DNA of 64,000 nt from Candidatus Zixiibacteriota bacterium (GTDB lineage: Bacteria; Zixibacteria; MSB-5A5; UBA10806; 4484-95), in assembly GCA_037441845.1 (NCBI GenBank), contig JBBIRK010000005.1, forward strand, positions 160,001 through 224,000, written 5' to 3'. Shown here one piece after another: positions 59,781 to 64,000 of the stretch. The translations under genes were made by a program, and so were the position numbers. The notes beneath the pieces were generated by a model, which saw only the letters and a program-made list of their open reading frames with translations, did not search any database and was not told where the DNA came from. Position 1 is the first letter of the stretch. Each line of letters starts with the position of its first letter.

Positions 59781-60894
59781 TCTGATCGACAACGTGCCTC
59801 TGACCGAGGAAGAATTTCTACTGAATATGGGGCCCCAGCACCCGTCCACTCACGGCGTGTTGCGGTTGGTGTTGAAAATGCGGGGCGAATTTATCGAAGA
59901 CGTAATTCCGCATATCGGTTATCTGCACCGTTCGATCGAAAAAATCGCGGAAAATCGGACCTATGCGCAGTTCATGCCCTACACCGATCGTATCGATTAT
60001 TGCGCATCGATGCCTTGCAATCTCGCCTGGGCGTTGACGGTCGAAAAGCTTGCGGGAATCGAGGCTCCCCCACGGGCTCAATATCTTCGCGTAATCATGA
60101 CCGAGCTCAATCGTATAGCATCACACCTAATATATCTCGGTGTCATGTCTTTGGATTTGGGCGCATTCACTCCTTTCCTGTATGCTTTCCGCGAAAGAGA
60201 AATGATTCTTGACTTGTTCGAAATGACCTGCGGGCAGAGGCTTACCTATAATTATATGCGGATTGGAGGAGTGTCGCGGGATATTCCGCCCGATTTCGCC
60301 TCGAAATGCCGGGAATTCACCCGGATTTTCAGAAAACGTGTCGATGATTACGAGGCGATTCTGACCAATAATCCGATTTTTCTCACTCGAACGAAAAATA
60401 TAGGCATCCTTCCCATAAAAGTGGGACTCGATTACGGAGCCTCCGGCCCGACGATAAGAGGCTCGGGTCATAATTGGGATATCCGCAAGGCCGAGCCTTA
60501 TTCTTCTTACGACAAATTCGATTTCAAAGTGCCGCTGGGAAAAAACGGCGACGTATGGGATCGCTATATAGTGCGGGTGCAAGAAATGCGGGAAAGCTGC
60601 AATATCGTCGATCAGGCGCTGGACGGTTTGCCTGAAGGCGATATCAAAGCCAAAGTGCCCGGCGTATTCAAACCCCCGGCAGGGGAGGTGGTCATGCGTA
60701 TAGAGGCCCCCAGGGGTGAGATGGGTTATTATGTCGTCTCCGACGGCACTACCAAACCTTACCGGGTCAAAATACGCACTGCCTCATTCGGAAATTTGCA
60801 GGTGCTGCGGTATCTGTCACGGGGTTACAAAATCGCAGATCTGGTAGCGATATTCGGCTCCCTCGACGTCGTCTTGCCGGAGGTGGATCGCTGA
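59773..60894 (+). CDS. nuoD: NADH-quinone oxidoreductase subunit D
   Basis: LNMGPQHPSTHGVLR, GYLHR, DRIDY, EAPRGE, C-terminal EVDR. ATG at 59773. Confidence 0.95.
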   Translation: MSDLIDNVPLTEEEFLLNMGPQHPSTHGVLRLVLKMRGEFIEDVIPHIGYLHRSIEKIAENRTYAQFMPYTDRIDYCASMPCNLAWALTVEKLAGIEAPPRAQYLRVIMTELNRIASHLIYLGVMSLDLGAFTPFLYAFREREMILDLFEMTCGQRLTYNYMRIGGVSRDIPPDFASKCREFTRIFRKRVDDYEAILTNNPIFLTRTKNIGILPIKVGLDYGASGPTIRGSGHNWDIRKAEPYSSYDKFDFKVPLGKNGDVWDRYIVRVQEMRESCNIVDQALDGLPEGDIKAKVPGVFKPPAGEVVMRIEAPRGEMGYYVVSDGTTKPYRVKIRTASFGNLQVLRYLSRGYKIADLVAIFGSLDVVLPEVDR

Positions 60895-61949
60895 TGCTGG
60901 AACTTACCGGTTTGTTTCAGTGGATATATGCAATCGCCTCGAGTTTATTTTCTTCGCTGGGGCTTTCGGAAATAATTCTCGACATTTTCCTCATGGTGCT
61001 GGCGGGTGCGGCTATAATCATATTTCTGGCATTGATGGCGTTGTTCTTGATCTGGTGGGAAAGAAAAGTGGCGGCTCATTTCCAAGACAGACTGGGACCG
61101 ATGATGACCGGTTGGCACGGTTGGCTGCAAACGATCGCCGATGCCATCAAGCTGCTGCAAAAAGAAGATATAGTGGTGGCCAATGCCGACCGACCGGTGC
61201 ATTTCTGGGCGCCGGTGGTCGCTTTCGCCTCCTGTTTCATGGTTTATGCGGTGATTCCATTCGGGAAAGGCGCACTGGCAGCCGACTTGAATATCGGGAT
61301 TCTATATATTCTGGCCATCACAACATTCACGGTGATCTCGATCGTCATGGCCGGTTGGGCCTCCAACAACAAATATGCGCTATTGGGAGGCATGCGCTCC
61401 GCATCGCAGGTGATTTCCTATGAAGTGCCGTTGACCTTATCGCTAATGGGCGCGGTCATAATGGCGGGCACGCTTTCAACCGGGCAATTCGTGGAGGCAC
61501 AGGGTCCTTATATCTGGAAATGGTTCGTTTGGCCGCAATTTTTGGGCTTCACCATTTATCTAATGGCCTCGACAGCCGAACTGAATCGAACTCCTTTCGA
61601 TCTACCTGAGGCCGAACAGGAGCTCGTGGCGGGATTCAACATCGAGTACTCAGGTATGAAATTCGCGATGTTTTTCTTAGCCGAGTTTCTCAATATGTTC
61701 ACCGTGGGCGCGGTGGCCACGACCATTTTTCTGGGCGGCTGGCAACCGCCGTTCCCCGCGCTTTCCTTCATACCCTCATGGATCTGGTTTCTCGGCAAAT
61801 CGCTTTTCATAGTTTTCCTGATAATGTGGTTCAAATGGACCTACCCTCGGGTTCGGGTCGATCACCTTCTCGCGTTCGCCTGGAAAGTCTTATTACCGTT
61901 GTCGTTCGCCAATTTGATTTTAACCGCCGCGGGAGTGCTCATATTTTAA
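60894..61949 (+). CDS. nuoH: NADH-quinone oxidoreductase subunit H
   Basis: ERKV..QDRLGP, ADAIKLL.KE, SNNKY, NRTPFDLPEAEQELVAG. Confidence 0.96.
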   Translation: MLELTGLFQWIYAIASSLFSSLGLSEIILDIFLMVLAGAAIIIFLALMALFLIWWERKVAAHFQDRLGPMMTGWHGWLQTIADAIKLLQKEDIVVANADRPVHFWAPVVAFASCFMVYAVIPFGKGALAADLNIGILYILAITTFTVISIVMAGWASNNKYALLGGMRSASQVISYEVPLTLSLMGAVIMAGTLSTGQFVEAQGPYIWKWFVWPQFLGFTIYLMASTAELNRTPFDLPEAEQELVAGFNIEYSGMKFAMFFLAEFLNMFTVGAVATTIFLGGWQPPFPALSFIPSWIWFLGKSLFIVFLIMWFKWTYPRVRVDHLLAFAWKVLLPLSFANLILTAAGVLIF

Positions 61950-61952
61950 ATT

Positions 61953-62531
61953 ATGGGATATTTCAAAGACATAGCCAACGGCATTTATAACCTTCTTCTC
62001 GGGTTGAAAACCACCGGCAAGCAGCTGCCTCAACGGGCGGTCACCCTGCAGTATCCCAAGGAAAAGATGCCGATGTTCGAAAGATCGCGCGGCATCGTGG
62101 TGCTGCTTTCCGACCCGGAAACCGGCGAGTTGAATTGCACCGCCTGCATGCTTTGCGCCAAGGCCTGCCCGGTGGCGGCCATAACCATAACCCAGGCGAA
62201 AGATCCGGTCACGAATAAGCGATATCCCAAGACCTTCGAAGTGAATAATCTGATATGTTGTTTTTGCGGGCTCTGTGAGGAGGCTTGCAATTTCGATGCT
62301 ATAAAATTGGCTGGCAAGTACGAATTCGCCACAGCCGACAAGCAAAGCCTGGTGTTTGATTTGGCCAAATTGCAGGAGCTCGGCCGCGATGTCAAATACG
62401 AAAAGAAGCGTAAGGCCGTCGCCAAAAAACCCGCCGCTAAAATCGAGCCGAAAGAGAAAGCCGCCGCCGCGGCTCCCAACCCCGAGCCACCGGCGCCTGA
62501 CTCAGCCGACGGATCCGGAGATACGTTATGA
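61953..62531 (+). CDS. nuoI: NADH-quinone oxidoreductase subunit I
   Basis: VTLQYP, CTACMLCAKACP and CCFCGLCEEAC, Lys/Ala/Pro-rich tail. Confidence 0.93.
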   Translation: MGYFKDIANGIYNLLLGLKTTGKQLPQRAVTLQYPKEKMPMFERSRGIVVLLSDPETGELNCTACMLCAKACPVAAITITQAKDPVTNKRYPKTFEVNNLICCFCGLCEEACNFDAIKLAGKYEFATADKQSLVFDLAKLQELGRDVKYEKKRKAVAKKPAAKIEPKEKAAAAAPNPEPPAPDSADGSGDTL

Positions 62532-63028
62532 ACGCGTTTATATTTTATCTATTGGCCGTTATCGCTTCGGTTTCCGCATTCAGGGTCGTGACCGCCAGAA
62601 ATGTTTTCCATTCGGCGTTGTTTTTGGTGCTGACTCTGTTTTCGGTCGCCGGAATCTACATTTTGCTCGGCGCGGAATTCCTGGCCGGTGTGCAGGTGCT
62701 GATTTATGTGGGGGCGATAACTATCTTGATCATTTTCGCCGTTATGCTCACCCATCAGATATCGAATAAAAGCATCAGGCAGACGAACGAACAGGTTTTC
62801 CCGGCGGTTTTAATAGTGCTGATATTTTTCGTCATGAGCATTATCAGCCTGTTTTTGACCTTCTGGCCTATGGCAACCGCCGAAGCAGGCTCGGATAACA
62901 TTTTCCGAATAGGGCAATTGCTCATGACCACGTACGTAATACCATTCGAAGTCATATCGATCGTATTACTGGTCGCCCTTATCGGCGCCATCGTCATCTC
63001 CCGACGTGAAAAAAGGAGCGGCGATTGA
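62528..63028 (+). CDS. nuoJ: NADH-quinone oxidoreductase subunit J
   Basis: AEFLAGVQVLIYVGAI, PFEVIS..LLVALIGAI. Confidence 0.94.
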   Translation: MNAFIFYLLAVIASVSAFRVVTARNVFHSALFLVLTLFSVAGIYILLGAEFLAGVQVLIYVGAITILIIFAVMLTHQISNKSIRQTNEQVFPAVLIVLIFFVMSIISLFLTFWPMATAEAGSDNIFRIGQLLMTTYVIPFEVISIVLLVALIGAIVISRREKRSGD

Positions 63029-63342
63029 TGGGACAGCTTTCACTATATCATTTTCTTGCATTGGGCGCGGTCCTTTTCGCTTTGGGCGTTTTCGGCCTGC
63101 TGACACGCCGCAACGCAATCGGCATCTTGATGGCTATCGAACTGCTGTTCAACGCGGCCGCAATCAATTTCGTGGCTTTTGCCAAATACGTCGATCCGAA
63201 CGGCTTGGCCGGGCAGGCATTCGCCATCTTCATAATCACCGTGGCCGCGGCCGAGGCAGCCGTTGGCCTGGCCATAGTGATGCTCATATATCGCAATTTC
63301 CGGGGAATCGAAGTCGATAAAATCAATTTCATGAAATGGTAA
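63028..63342 (+). CDS. nuoK: NADH-quinone oxidoreductase subunit K
   Basis: RRNAI..LMAIEL, GQAFAIF..VAAAEAAVGLA. Confidence 0.95.
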   Translation: MGQLSLYHFLALGAVLFALGVFGLLTRRNAIGILMAIELLFNAAAINFVAFAKYVDPNGLAGQAFAIFIITVAAAEAAVGLAIVMLIYRNFRGIEVDKINFMKW

Positions 63343-63348
63343 ACGGGT

Positions 63349-64000
63349 ATGATTCATAATGGCTGGCTGATTCCGCTGTTTCCTCTGATTTCGTTCTTGA
63401 TGATCGTGTTCGTCCTCAAGAAGAATCAGAAGGCATCGAGCTATTTCGCTATAGCGATGGTGCTGATCTCGCTGGTCCTCTCTTTTATCCTGTTTATCGA
63501 GATGCTGGCCGATGGTCATGCGTACCACAAGTTCGTAAACTGGTTGTCTTGGTCTGATTTCGAACTTCCCATGGGGATATTTATCGATCCGTTGACGGCG
63601 GTGATGCTGATCGTGGTCACGATCGTATCGTCGCTGGTACATATCTACTCGCTCGGCTATATGCACGGCGACCCGCGGTTTTCCAGATTTTACGCTTATT
63701 TGTCGCTGTTCACGTTTTCGATGCTCGGGCTGGTAGTGGCCGGGTCGTATGTTTTGATTCTGGTTTTCTGGGAATTGGTGGGGCTGACATCGTACCTATT
63801 GATCGGATTCTGGTTCGAAAAAAAGATAGCCGCCGACGCCGGCAAAAAGGCTTTCGTCACCACCAAACTCGCCGATCTCGGTTTTTTGCTTGGCCTGATG
63901 CTGTTGCTTTTTGCGGCCCACACGGCCAGTATCCCCGAGTTGAACGAATTGATCGAATCCGGGCATGCGCCGATGACTTTGATAGGGATCGCCGGAATTT
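63349..64000 (+). CDS. nuoL: NADH-quinone oxidoreductase subunit L (runs off right edge)
   Basis: Manual translation MIHNGWLIPLFPL...IDPLTAVML...HIYSLGYMHGDPRFSRFYAYLSLF...WELVGLTSYLLIGFW...AGKKAF. Confidence 0.93.
   Translation, partial: MIHNGWLIPLFPLISFLMIVFVLKKNQKASSYFAIAMVLISLVLSFILFIEMLADGHAYHKFVNWLSWSDFELPMGIFIDPLTAVMLIVVTIVSSLVHIYSLGYMHGDPRFSRFYAYLSLFTFSMLGLVVAGSYVLILVFWELVGLTSYLLIGFWFEKKIAADAGKKAFVTTKLADLGFLLGLMLLLFAAHTASIPELNELIESGHAPMTLIGIAGI

Noticed and set aside
59773..60894. Group 4 [NiFe]-hydrogenase large subunit
   Set aside because: No N- or C-terminal CxxC nickel ligands, and it has the NuoD quinone-site HPSTHG and DY motifs.

Overview
A gene-dense 64 kb bacterial chromosome segment, mostly on the minus strand, from a diderm organism. 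The dockerin-tailed M6 protease and the gene content suggest Zixibacteria or a related FCB-type lineage (inference). Left to right it carries: a surface polysaccharide locus (MurJ-like flippase, WbpI/WbpE/WbpD/WbpB-like diacetamido-uronate enzymes, Wzz-like and SLBB export proteins); a ManC-PMM fusion; an inositol-lipid-like cluster (PAP2/AUR1-like, CDP-alcohol phosphotransferase, ino1, GDPD); rsmI, ssb and a DUF2723 gene; tolB-pal-cpoB; an M6 protease; eno-ftsB-recO-glyQS; a TCA operon (sucCD-korDABC-ndk-larA-like-mdh-icd); a CCA enzyme; carbamate kinase divergent from an arginine-synthetase-like (ArcE) gene with an ARG-box-like palindrome between them; a tdh-acpS-acetate ligase-ACP-kbl operon; a MenA-like prenyltransferase; and the start of a complex I operon with no nuoEFG at their usual position. 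I recognised no rRNA, tRNA, CRISPR array or transposase. The best candidate for an undescribed system is the carrier-protein-dependent Tdh/Kbl operon (52028-56948). Next come the LarA-family racemase inside the TCA operon, the arginine synthetase module, the inositol lipid cluster, and histone-H1-like Lys/Ala tails on several unrelated enzymes. All product calls rest on motif recognition by eye; no database search was run.
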